This document shows, one piece after another, positions 25,131 to 37,755 of a stretch of 64,000 nucleotides of DNA. A program made the position numbers and the translations under genes. How positions within the stretch are numbered: the first letter of the stretch is position 1; each line of letters opens with the position of its first letter. This stretch comes from Lophium mytilinum (Eukaryota). The stretch spans positions 498,726-562,725 of the forward strand of contig MU004198.1 of assembly GCA_010093605.1 (NCBI GenBank), given 5' to 3'. The notes beneath the pieces were generated by a model, which saw only the letters and a program-made list of their open reading frames with translations, was not told the DNA's origin and did no database searches.

Positions 25131-26415
25131 TCAGGCATCTGCATTCCATAATGTCGAGTTCAGCGTGTCAAAGGTGGCAGCAAAAAGCAGTCCGTCCAGC
25201 TGTAGTCTACCGTGTACAATTCTGGATAAAAGCAATCCGCATAATATATATATTAAATTCTAAGCTTCGTCCACAACTTCACACCACGCTTTGCCTCATC
25301 ACATGTCTATCACGAGGTCTACACCCCATTTCCGCCCCCAGATCTAGAAGTACATGACAGCACCTGAGAAACGCATGTGGGAACATCTGCAGATGCACGA
25401 TTGGAACATGTCTGCGGCAAGAGAACCAATGCCACGATGTCGATGGTCTGAATTCTTCGTCGTTTCCCTCTGCTGCACCAACCAGAGCCAAGTCCAACAG
25501 CTGTGGCACCATCATAACGTGAACTGGCGGGTTCCTGCGGCCACCAACAGGCTGGTACCGCCATACTGCGCTTTTCATGACGACCAAGATCGACAAGCAT
25601 TTATATATACCAAGGGCTGAGATAGGGCTTGGTGTCCGTTAACCGCATGCGGATAGCCGGCGTCAACGGGCTGCGCCGGGCGAATTGAGGCGTGGCAGAC
25701 CCCGGATCCAACTCGTTGCTGTGTGTTTCAAGCGTCGGGTGTGCGCAGGGGAACGCAGCGACTTGGTGGTGCGTCGAGTGCCTGGTTCCTGGAGTCTTTT
25801 TAAGCGCCCGTTTGGCCGCCAGCCGGGCCGTCACAGGTGCTGATAGCGCGCATTGGTGTGAGCACTGGTGAAGCTGCGCCGCACGAGGGTCGTCATGCAG
25901 CATCCGACGAAGTCACAGCAGCAAATGGACGCCTCCGGAAGCGCACACGCCTCTCATACGCCTGATACGCCGCCGGAAAGCTCGGCCAGCGCTGCCGCTG
26001 TGACGGGCGAGGGTCCAAGCGGTGGAGGGGGATAATTCCCAGCCAACCACCACCCAAGCCAGGGCGTCGACAAGACCTCTAGCCGTTGCGCATACGACCC
26101 TTTTTCTTCGTCTCCTGCAGCCCACAAGTCTTCTTCACAACATCCGCACTCCTCTCCTGCCTGTCTGCATTTCCTGGCCTCCAGATCTTGTCGCGTGTTG
26201 GTTTTCTTTAAGACGAAACAGAGCTCCATCTCATTGCATCCGAGCTGCATATCTGCCCACATCCATGCTTACTTTCTCGTAAACCGGCGACAGACATCTT
26301 TCCAGCGTCAAATCACCATTCTTGAGCTTTGCGAATTCATTTTCTGTGAGGCAATTCTTGCTTCCGTTGCTCGACCTTCAAATCCTACAGATATCGCCGA
26401 AAAGCACACACCGCC

Positions 26416-28055
26416 ATGTATCCCGGACAGCCCCCACAGCAGAACCCCCGCCAAAATCGACCTCAGCAACCTCGTCTCCAGCTCCCAGACCGACAACACA
26501 AACGCTTTTCATGGCAGGCCTCGACCGAGGACGTCTCGAAGCCGGCAAATGGCCACCGTGCCACTGGATCTATGGACAGTCAGTGGTCATACGAAGACAC
26601 TCCAATTCACATGAAGGGTGGCCATCCTAGGGATCCCATCCAACGACTCGCACGCGAACCCGATATGTCGACTATTGCTCAATCACCCGTCACCCCCATT
26701 GACACACGACCTCAGTCTATCTTCAACGCACAGATACCTCAGACGGTGACGGTACCGGTACTTTACGCTGCGAACGAATACCCGCCCGAGAAGTCTGGGT
26801 CAGCGTTCCAAGGACCTCCTCCACCACAGGCACCGCATCCACCACAATCGCCCGTAAGCCCACTGCCAATTGGGTATCCCCAGGAGAAGCCCTCCTCTCC
26901 CTACAATGTCCCGCCTCCTTCGCAAACACATCCAGCAATGTACGCACCAGTCGCCGAATCTAGGACCCCGGTATCGCCGCTCCCCCAACACCAAAGAGCA
27001 TCTCAGTACGCACCCGTCGCAGAACCCAGGACACCCGTATCGCCACTCCCACAGCCAGAGCGAGCATCTCAGTATGCCCAACCACAGCAACCGCGAGCAT
27101 CCCAATACGCCCAAGAGCCTTCCCACCAAAGCATACGCCCCCAAAACATCCCGCGCCAAAGCCTCCCCTTTATGCCCACTCCAATCCAAATCCCCTCCTA
27201 CACCCGTCAACGCACCCCAAACCAGACTCCCATCTCCCCTAGCCGCATCCCAGACCTCCCCAAAACCCCCCTATCCGCCCACTCCGCCGCCCCCTACTCT
27301 CGCACCCCCGTCTCGCCGCCTCACTCCCCCGGCGCCCTCCCACTCAAGAACCCAATCGACTTCGACCTCCCCTCACCGACCTTTATGAACCGCCAGCGCC
27401 CCCTCTCCTCCCACACCGACGCCCCGTACTCCCCCACCTCCGCTCTCTCGCCACAAGTCCCCGTGTTCTCGCCGAACGCGCCGACGGGGCCGAATGGACT
27501 GGAGCTGGAGCGGCACCAGCCAGGGCAGATTGCACACCCGAATATGGATTTGAGTGCAAGAGGAGAGTCGCATGAGTGGAAGCATGGGCTGTGTGAGTGC
27601 GGCAGCGACGTAGGGACGTGTATGACAGGGCTGTTTTGTCCATGTGTGCTTTATGGGCGCACGGCGTACAGGCTCTCTCAAAGAAGCCAGAAGAAGGATC
27701 CTACGGAGTTGTTGGGGTTCAGTGCGTTTAATGGGCAGTGTGGGGTTATGGCTAGTGCATGTGGGATTTGGTGTAAGTCATCCCTCCTTGAGCGCTAGAG
27801 GAAAGAGACGCTAATTGTTGTAAAGGCTTGTTCCCGCTAGTCCAGCGGACACGCATCCGACATCTCTACAAACTCACCGGCTCCCTCTTCTCCGACATCG
27901 GAAAGGCATGCTGCTGCTGCTGTTGCGTCGCCATCCAGAACGAGAGGGAGATTAGAGATCGAGAGGAGAGCTCGAGACGGTGGGCCGGCCCGGCGAATGC
28001 GGAGACGTACAGTGCGCCGGGACAGATGGTGTACGCGCCGCCGCCAAGGGGATAA
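26416..28055 (+). CDS. PLAC8-family Cys-rich protein with long Pro/Ser-rich N-terminus; 2 exons
   Basis: W.HGLCEC...GLFCPCVLYGRT, then QRTRIRHLYKL.GS...CCCCCVAIQNEREI; intron ~27773-27826. Confidence 0.9.
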
Positions 28056-28504
28056 AACCCTCAACTCTGGTTTCGGAGTTGAGAATATGCGAAAGAAGAA
28101 AAGAGTATGATCGAATGCAAAGAAGACGAGGGTAAGAGGAGAGAGATGTTACTATTGTTGATACCCATTTTCTGTGCTACATATCCTTCGGCCACGTTTT
28201 GTTACTGTAACGACTTTATGTATTATGAGTCCTCTTCTTCGTTTCCTTTGTTAGATAAGGTGTGTAGTGTAGCGTACTGAATTGGCAAATGTCTATACCC
28301 CTTCGCACTTTTATTTCTCTTGTGTGCTGACGATGATCGCTCGGGATCAATGTCGGGAAACACAATTTCCTTACTGGCGATGGTCATCGGTTGCTATCAA
28401 GTGTCACGCAACATGATGTATAGCAGCACTTTCTACACCCCTATCCACCAGCATCGTTCAAAGATTCTCTTCCTCATCATCATCACCACGTAAATCCACT
28501 CTTC

Positions 28505-31500
28505 TCCGCCCCATATCACGGTGTTCACTCTGAATTGCACCTCCATCATGAATCTTGCAAGTCTGTTTTGTTCTCTACCGACCCATGGCGCATCGTCGTA
28601 CGCCCTGTCCAGCGCACCGCCCACACACCCCCCTCCAACTCCATTGCATCCAAGTCAACAGTCGTTGATCTCCCACCGAACACCATATACCTTGGAGCAG
28701 TTCCGTGTTGATCAAACCACCCACAGCCTCCGACGACTCTATCAATATTGAGCCGTTGTGTTGTTGATCCCATGGCACCCTCTCGGTCGAAGATTTTGAT
28801 CGAACTTCCCACACCCCTCTCCACCCATGAGTTTCGAAGAAAGAGGTTTTGCAATCTCCAACGACTCCATGTTTCTTTATGTCCTCTCTGATTTCAATGC
28901 AAGGAGCCGAATCTCTTCCAACTCCATTGCGAATAGGTGCCGGTAATTCCAAACTCTCCAACAACTTCATAAGCGAATTCCTTCATCTAGTTTCGATGAA
29001 ACAAGCCAATACTTCTCCAACTCCATGTTAGCGATAGATAGTGAGTTTTGTTTCGAACTCTCCAGCGCATCCATATTTTTCTTCCAATTTCTGATTTCGA
29101 TGCAACGAGCCAAATCTCCTCCATGCGGACTATTCTAAGCAGGGTATGTGTCGGGCTCCCCAACGCCTCCATAGGCATACCTCACTTTCCGAGTTCGATG
29201 CGACGAGCGAACGCTTCAGCGTCCCTCCGACTCCATAGCCCTCTAGAATGAGAGTGTTCACACCCTCCTCCGACTCCATGAAGGTTAGTGTAAATGGCTA
29301 TTTGATCTCCCAACAACTCCATTAGTGTGTTACGAGAGGTTTGTTGATCAAATCCCCCAAACCTCTCTCCCAACCATTCCAAGTAGGAGATCGATTTCTC
29401 AATCCACAACGACTCCATTATTCGCTTTTTTTACTGATCTTGATGAAAGTATAGACAGCTTCTCCCAACTCCATGCAAGGAGGGAACGAGCGGTTTGAAC
29501 CCTCCAACGACTCCATCGCATACTTTTGTTCAACTTTTAATGCAACGGGCAAACCCTCCGGCGTCCCTCCGACTCCATTGGCTTTCCTTTCTGGACGATT
29601 TGGCACCCTCCACCAACTCCATCGGTATCAAACCTAGGTCTTTTTATGCGACGAGCCAAAACGCCCTCTGACTCCATGTACTTTTCGTAGTTTTGTTTCG
29701 ATCTCTCCAACAACTCCATATCGATGTAACTGGTTGTGATTTCGATGCAACGAGCAAACGCTCCTACATCGCTCTGGCTATTGAATAGTTTGCTCGGTTG
29801 ATTTGACCCACTCCACCGACTCCATAGTTGATGGCAGCGGGAGATTTTGACGGAACGAGCGAATGCTCTGGCGTCCCTCCATACCATGATGGATTGGGCT
29901 AGGTTGAGCTCACACCCTCCACTGCCTCCATGGGGCGTAGCATATGTACAAGATGTTTTAACGCGGCGAGCCAACCCTCTTCGAACTCCATTTCAGGCTG
30001 TGGAAACCCTATTTGAACCTTCCAACAATCCATCGGTTGCCGCGTCTTGACGTTTTGAAGTAACCTTACACCCCCCTCCAACTCCATAAGTCTACTCCCA
30101 GACTTGTTTCGAACTCTCCACTCACTCCATTAAGTCACACAAGGCACAGGCTTGATGCAATGAGCGAACGCTTCAGCCTCCCTCCGACTCCATGAAGTTG
30201 TATCCATAGTCAATTTGACACCCTCCACCTCTTCCATAAATAGTGTTGTCTGAATAGGATGTTTTGACACAAAGAGCCAACCCTCTTCCAACTCTATGCA
30301 CGATTGCATCAACGGCAATTTGAACTCTCCACCGACTCCATCAATCGGCAACTTGACTTATGTTGATGCCACGAGCCAACACGTCTTCCCACTGCATAAT
30401 TCTTTTTCTTGTGCCAATTTGATATCCTCCACCGACTCCATGAACGTGTGTAGTATTGGTGATGTTGATGCCACGAGCCAACACCTCCTCCGACTCCATA
30501 TGTCTGATTTCTGTAGCGGTTTGACACACTCCACCGACTCCATGAAACTATGGGATCGGAATGTTTTAATGCCACAAACTAATCTCCGACTCCATAAGTG
30601 GTTTCATCTGCCAATTCGACACACTCCACCAACTTCATGGAAGGTGGCATCAGGCTAGGATGTTTTGACACAACGAGCCAACAAGTCCTCCAACTCCATT
30701 CTGCGAACTGGACGTTTTGGTGCGATGAGCCAACACGTCTTCCGACTCCATGAGTGGATAACCTCGTGCCGATTTGAGAGACTGACACACTCCACCAACT
30801 CCATGGGTTTTCGGATTGGGAGCTTTTGATGCGACGAGCCCAACCTCTTCCACCTCCATGCAAGTTCTGGCTTTGATTTCAAATCCTCCGCCAACTCCAT
30901 TAGTGGTTCTCCATCTTTTTTTGATGCGACAAGTCCAACGCTCCAACTCCATAGTTCATACCAGCAAGCGCAATTTGACCCTCCACCGACTCCATGAGTC
31001 GTATATACACTTGTTTAATGCAACAGGCCCACAAGTCCACCAACTCCATAAATCGATATTCTTGTACCGACTTAACACCCTCCACCACCTCCATTGAAGT
31101 CTAGGGTCGGGTGCTTAGAATGCAACAAGCCCGACCTCTTCCAACTCCATGGTAGCAGCGTACGCCTTAGTTTTCAAACTCTCCACCAACTCCATGTTAC
31201 ACCATCTGGTCGACTTTGATGCGACGAGTCCAACACTCCAACTCCATACGACACCGGTGAATGCCATTCGAACTCTTCGCCGACTCCATAAGCCGTAAGG
31301 TTATGAGTGATGCAACGACCCAACCCTCTTCCCGACTCCATATCCGCTTTCTTGCACCAAGTTGACTCACTCCCACCGACTCCATGAGACATGGGTTCGG
31401 ACTATTTTGACACAACGAGCCAGCCCTCCTCCAACTCCATCGGTCTCTCAATTGTATCGATTTGACACCCTCCACCTGCTCCATCACATATAAAATGTGG

Positions 31501-31735
31501 TGCTTTGACACAACGAGCCCAACCTCTTCCAACTCCCTAAACTATGCCGGTGAATGTATTTTGAACCCTCCACCGACTCCATGCGTCGGAAAGTGATTTG
31601 TTCAATGAACGGACCCAAGCGTCCTCGGACACCATGCACCAGTCGTACAACATGGTTTGATCTCCCACCCCGACGCCATGGGTAGCCCGGTTGTTCGTTT
31701 TGATCCACCCAGCCAACCTCCCAACTTCCCATGAG
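28505..31735. repeat. Interspaced dual-box repeat array: ~30 units of ~100 bp, each with box A (~32-42 nt), a ~20 nt spacer, box B (~23 nt) and a ~20-24 nt spacer
   Basis: Box A ~TTGATGCRACGAGCCAAC..CTYCCRACTCCAT (e.g. 30465-30499); box B ~TTTGACACNCTCCACCRACTCCAT (e.g. 30520-30543). About 60-66 boxes counted by eye; spacers mostly non-repetitive. Confidence 0.93.
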
Positions 31736-31988
31736 AAAGAAGGTCTGAGACGCTGAGGGATTGGGGTTATATAGGAGAAAAGAAGTGACGGACGCAGGGG
31801 TTAGTCAGCACGCGTGTGACACCTGCGATGACATGGCAAGATACCACCGCACTGATCACAAGAGCAAGATCGGGAAACATCGGAACGAACATCTCACATG
31901 CCGGGATGATACGCCTGCTAACGTACTACACTTTTACCCCTCACCGCTCCTCCTCCCCCTATCAATCCCCCCCTATCAACCCCCCCTA

Positions 31989-34900
31989 CTACTCCCCCTC
32001 CCCCTCCCCTTCCGCCTCCCTCCTCTCCATCCACTCCCTCTCCACCGCCCTCACCCTCTCCACCCCCTTCCCACCCTCCTCCCCCTCCTCAAACTCCACC
32101 CACCGTCTAAACACCACCCCCGCCCGCCTCCTCTTCACCCTCCCCTTGACCATCCTCTCAAACAACCCCCTCACATACCCCCTCTCCCCATGCGCCCGCT
32201 CCAACTCCACATACACATCCCACGTATCCCACTTCCTCGGCTGCGCCGCGACTAACCCCTCGAAAATCGTGCGCCCGCGCTCCGCATCCCCGTTCGGGGA
32301 CTTGTACTCCAGCGCCGCGAACTTGGTCGTCAGCTGGCGGTGCAGAGCCGCGGGGACGGACTGGGTAGCGCGTTGGAGGAGGGCGCGGGCGCGGGTGGGC
32401 GATGGGGGCGTGAGGGTGGTCATGAGGAAGGTGGCGTAGGAGAGCCAGAGGGTGGGGGAGGGGGTGAAGGATTTGTTCTTGATCATGGCTTGGTAGAGGG
32501 AGTCTGCTTTCTGTAACGGGATCTCTGTTAGTTGATGTTTACTTACGTGAGGGAGATATGTGGAAAGGGGGGCTTACATCAAGCTTCCCAGACGAGATAT
32601 AGATCTTGATCAAGCGGTCATGCATCTCCTGCGCGTTATTATACTGGCACGCCTCCTTAAACACCTCGTCAACGGCGTCGGCGCTGCTGAAGTCGTTCTC
32701 GAGATGTAGCAGCGCGGTCCACACGTCCAGCTTCGCGGCTTCTTCGCGGGGGAAGATGGAGGAGAGGGCGCGCCGGGCGATTTGGCGCGCTTTTTCGATC
32801 TCGTTGAGTTCGCGCTGGAAGACCATGTAGCGGACCCACAGCTCGGCGGAGTTGGGCTGGCCCATTAGGAGGCGCTCGAAGTCGGCGACGGATTGGGGGC
32901 CGTTCTTGTCGAGGTCGCCTGTGCGGTCGATCTTGATCTCAGGTTTACGGTGCTTTTTCTTCTTTTTCGTGGCGTCCGCGGAGGAGTCGGAGTCTGATCC
33001 TGCGGCGTTGTTGTTGAAGCCGAGGTCGGTGCTGTTCCAGTCGAAGCCGGATGTGCTGAGACCGAGGACGGCTTTCGTGGAAGGCTTTTCGTCAATTTCC
33101 ATTTCGTCGGCGGCATCAGACTCCTCGTCTGATACGTCATGGACATCTCTCGTGTCGGCGTCGTCTTCTGAGGCTTCGCTTTCGGAGTCGGCGTCTGACA
33201 CTCCTTCCATGAGATCCACGCCACCGATCTCACCATCCGAATCACTCCCTGCGGCGTCCTCTGAGCTACTCTTAAAATAAGAGTACTTTAGGCCTAAACT
33301 GATTCTTCGCAACTTGCTGTCAACCTTTAGAATCTTGGCCTTGACTGCATCACCCTCTTTGTATAAGGATGCGAGGTCCTCGACTTTCTCATCGGCAACC
33401 TCACTGTGATGACATAGACCACTGACGTTGTTCGAATTATCGACGACAATGAAGACACCGAATTTCTCGACTTTCCGGACTTTGCCTGTGACGATGTCGC
33501 CCTTATTCAGATCGTTGAACTCGACAGGAGGGACATAGTCTTCCACCAGAACAGAAGCTTTCAAACTCATTGAGATTTGCTTCTTCTTGCTGTCAATTGA
33601 AGTGATTCTGCCAGTGACAAGCTGATCAATCTCGTATAAACTCTTCCAATCCTTGATATAAGCATCAGAAAGGTCGGAGACACGGGCATATCCGACGATG
33701 TCGAGACCCAAGAAGATGAATAATCCACTGTCAGCAACCCTCTTTACAAAACCTCGTACAACTTGGTTGGCCGTTAGTTGAGAGAACTCTGTGATTTGCG
33801 GATCCTTGACGGGGAGAGAAGAGCTGAGAACGTTTGAAGGCCTCGTGGAGAGTACGACCTTCTTGTTCGGTACATCCACGTCGACAACGCAAACTCGAAT
33901 GATATCTCCTCTCGCATGAACGGTCGGATTTGCTTGAGAGTAGTCGTCGGCGAGTTCGGTAAGGAAGACACGTCCTACAATATTTTCGTTGATTTGAACA
34001 AGAACAGTAGACTCTGTCACTTTTAGAACGAGTCCTCCTACCACCATCCCCTTGTTGAGGTCTTTCAATGTAAGTTTGTTCTGCGAGGATTCGACGGCAA
34101 GATCTAGTCGGTTGGATGCAACATCAACAGCTTTGACAGAGACCTGGAGAGCGGTGCCGATTGGGAAGTTCTTCTCGACATCTGCAAGCAACGACACATC
34201 ATCGGACAGATCCATGAACTCGATTCTGCCACGCACGACAGGCGTCAAATTGACCCAGAGGTAGGTTTCTCCGATATGGTTGACGAACGCTGTCCATTTG
34301 GATCCGACAGTTACATTTTCCAAGGTAGGGATTTCTTCTGCCGAAGCCAATTTTGGGAGTTTCTTGGCACTGAGTTCGTAGACTGGATTCCTCCCCTGCC
34401 GATGAGAGATTGGCAAGAACCTGTGATTTTTCGCGTCGTGGAATCCTATTATCCTCACTTGAACAATCTGATTGGCATGGAACTGTCGAAGCGGGCGCTT
34501 CTTATCTCTGATTTCGTCCCAAGTATCGAACGCCTCGGTGGCATATATCCTGCCGTGAATGTTCTCGGAGACTTGAACATTCACTTGCGTGCTCTTCACT
34601 GATTTGACGCGAACAGAAATCGTCTTTCCGAATTGCAAATCTGTGACCGCCTTGATGGAGGAGTCTACAGCCTCGACGATCTTTAGCTCTTCCTTGACAG
34701 GCGTCGGGGGAATCGCCTCGGCTACATCGTCTTTACTCTTCATGGTGAGCAAAAATTGACGCTTGCTCTCGTCTATATCAAGTACTCGGGTCGTGATGGA
34801 CTGATATTGACGAAGACCAAAATCCGGAAGCTGGGCCATCTCGCTGGTCATTTGAGACTTCAACAACAGGCCAACCATTCCGCCAGCGAATTCGACGAAG

Positions 34901-37492
34901 ACTCTTCCTGCTTCGATCGCCCGAACAAAACCATGAGCCTTTTGACCTTTTACAACGTCTTCAAACTGTGTAATTAACTTCTTTGCTCGTGCGTCCTTGA
35001 CAAGGCTAGGTTTATTTGTGAGGCCCACAATTGGCTTCTTATGGTTTTTCGATAGAACCACCAAGTCTCGTAACGGACGGCCAACTTCTACGCGCTCTAG
35101 TGCGGACTTGTTCTTCTTTTCAGAGCCGTCTGAAAGCTGTGCGAGCCTGATGATGCCCCTGATTCCGTCTCCAAGGTCAACAGTCACCGAGTCTGCTGAC
35201 TTCTCCTTGACATTGCCACCAACGAGATCTCCAAGTGAGATCTTTTCGAAAGCAGTCTGACGCTCAACATCCGCAGACTCCGGATCTTTGCAAGAGACGA
35301 CCAGCTTCTGGTCTTCGCCTTTCAACTCATTCGAGAGCACTCGAACGTTCACCACCTGCCCGACCCGGAAGTGTATGGTAGGGTCATCGATGTAGGCTTC
35401 GCTCATTTCGGATATGGGCAACCAGGCCTTGATTTCGCCATAGAATTGAACAACAGCTCCAGCGCTCGTGACTTTCATCAGCGTACCTGGAGACTTCATG
35501 CCAGAGGTGATTTTGTCGTAATCCGTCCATGGCTGTGCTTCTGAGTTGACCAATGATTTCTTCAGAGTAAGCCGTATTTTTCGTCTGCTGAGATCGACGG
35601 CAAGAACTCTTGCTGTGACTGATACACCTTCTCTAAACTTCCGGTCGGGGTGTGATAGATGAACGTCAGCAAGGTGCATTTCTGGAACGACACCTGTAAT
35701 TCCTTCTGCTAGGTTGACGATAACAGCCGATCGTCCTTCTCCAGTGGCAATCAACTTTTCGACTTTACCCTTAACGATCTGACCAACCTGCACGTCCTCG
35801 TGGCGGAAGAACGGCTGGTCCAGGACACTCGTTTCTAGAGAGACCAAATATAGCCCATCCATAGGGTTGTAACCAATGACGCGAGCCCGGTGTTTCGACT
35901 CAAGTTTGTAAGGACCTGACGAGTCAGTCAAAGACTCGATTTTCTCGTTACTGATTCTTGATATGTGAGCAAAGGCCCGAAGGCCCTTGACGCCGACGTC
36001 AAGAAAAAGCCCTGTAGTAGGCTCGACCTTGGTCACCCTGGCGTCTTCAACAATGGAAGATATCTGGAGAGCATCTAACGGGTCCTTGAGGTCCTTCTTC
36101 TCCGTGCGAGGGGCCAATGCGATGACATGATCTAGCAAGGAGACACCAACCTTCCTGGGCTCGCTGTCCGGAAAGGTGCATATGACTCTAGCGCGACACT
36201 TTGATCCGATCTTGTACTTGTCAGAGAGATTGGCTTTGCTCACAGCTGCGCCAGATTGGAAAAGATCCGCAGTGGCATCTAAAAGGCCCATCAGCTTGCC
36301 AGTAACTCCTTCGGTCGATGTGTCAGTAATGAGCACTTCGACGGCTGTTCCGGGTAGGAAGAGGTCGATATTAGGGGCCTGTCCTAGGAAGGCAAACTTT
36401 TTGGGGTTGGCGGCTTTTTCGTGATCTGCTGACAGTTTGATGATTCTGCCGTCGGAGCTGAGGCCAGTAACCAAGCACAAGAAGACTGCACCCTCCTGTA
36501 CTAGAGAATGGTCTATTTGTGAACCCAACTCTTTTGACGACATAAATCCCCTGACAGTCTGGTCTTCCAACCCGATATCCATGACCAGTCCATGTTCTTC
36601 ATTGCTAAGCACAGACGCCTGTAGCATGCTGTTCTTCACGATGTCGGACTTCGAGATGCCTCGGTTGACCAGCGTAGGATTGGTGGAGAGCTCTATTCGT
36701 TTCTTGCTTCTGGCAATCCCCTTCTTGTTTTGCGCCCTCTCCGTTGCTGTAACATAGGCTCGCAAGTATTGACCCACACGAAAGATCTCCTTTAGATCAA
36801 TGTCGTCTTCTTTATCAGAGCCAGCAGCGTCCTCGTCTCCCTCGTCTTTTTCCAAGAGCTGCTCTATCCTGCTGGTGAACTTGTCGGATATAGCGGTGAG
36901 GGGAATGAATCCGGAGAGATTGTTCGGGAGCGCGAGAACAACATCTCGAGAGGTAATCTGTGTAACCTGTCCAAGGACCATAGATCCAATAACGAGTTTC
37001 TGCGACTAGTCAGTAGTGTTCAAGTCGTCGGCGCAAACTGCTCACTTTGTAGCTCAGCCCCTCAATCTTCAACACAGGCTCTTCCGGCAACTGTGCGTCG
37101 GCCTTCTTGTCCGCCTTCGATTTCTTGTGCTTCTTGCCCCTTCGTACTTCTGGTTTTGGTTCACCATCATCTTCATCCTCGCTGTCCTGGCCTTTTGTGG
37201 TCTTTTTCTTCGCAGATTGCTCGAACAGGACGTCCTGGGTCGCCTCGATCTGAATCTGCTTGTGTTCCAAGGGGGTAAGAACACTAGCGCCACCTCGAGG
37301 GAAGGATGTCTCCTCGCTCTTCAAAATCGTGTTCTTTGGTAAGTTTCGTACGTCCGACGTTGGCTTCGCTTTGCTTTCGTCGGCGGTCGATTCGACTTTG
37401 CGCTGTCGCTTCGAAGCGCGATTGTCGGACGAATGCTTGATTTTCTTTGCCTCGGAGCTTTCGCTATCCGCGCCTCGTTTCAAGGGCGCCAT
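31989..37492 (-). CDS. RRP5: rRNA biogenesis protein Rrp5 (S1 repeats plus HAT repeats); 3 exons
   Basis: FPRGGASVLTPLE, many S1 repeats, PQSVADFERLLMGQPNSAELWVRYM, GDAERGRTIFEGL. Confidence 0.96.
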
Positions 37493-37755
37493 GTTGGGAG
37501 AAATGTTGCTGCTCGAGCTTCGAGAAAAAAGTTTAGAGATTGGAAAATATGGGGCGGGGTGGGAGTTTTTCCGGGGCCGTGCATCTGGTCCGTGCACATC
37601 CCTGCGCACGGGCTAAAAAGTCACGACCTCACTCGCTGCTCTGACCGTGATGACTTTCTCCCACATCTTTCTGTTCCCTATTTATACCTCTGGAACAGAT
37701 GTATCGTTAGTAGTACCTACTCGTTGTTCGGGGAGCCTTTGCTGGAGCGGATGCC

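Noticed and set aside
25151..26300. Several short ORFs between the mitochondrial protein gene and the PLAC8 gene
   Set aside because: No recognisable motifs or coding-like composition; probably promoter/UTR.
28060..28083. 8-bp inverted repeat CTCAACTC...GAGTTGAG just after the PLAC8 stop
   Set aside because: Short single hairpin; intrinsic terminators are not relevant to Pol II genes, and there is no other support.
28433..31732. Many short minus-strand ORFs with MESVE/MELEE/HGVGG/WSRW motifs suggesting a repeat protein
   Set aside because: They arise in all three frames from the ATGGAGTYGG box. Unit lengths are not multiples of 3, stops are frequent, and no consistent splice signals are present.
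28505..31735. Calling the array a bona fide CRISPR or a box C/D snoRNA cluster
   Set aside because: The context is eukaryotic, there are no cas genes, repeats are degenerate, non-palindromic and of two types. TTGATGC and TTGA/CCGA only loosely resemble C (RUGAUGA) and D (CUGA) boxes.
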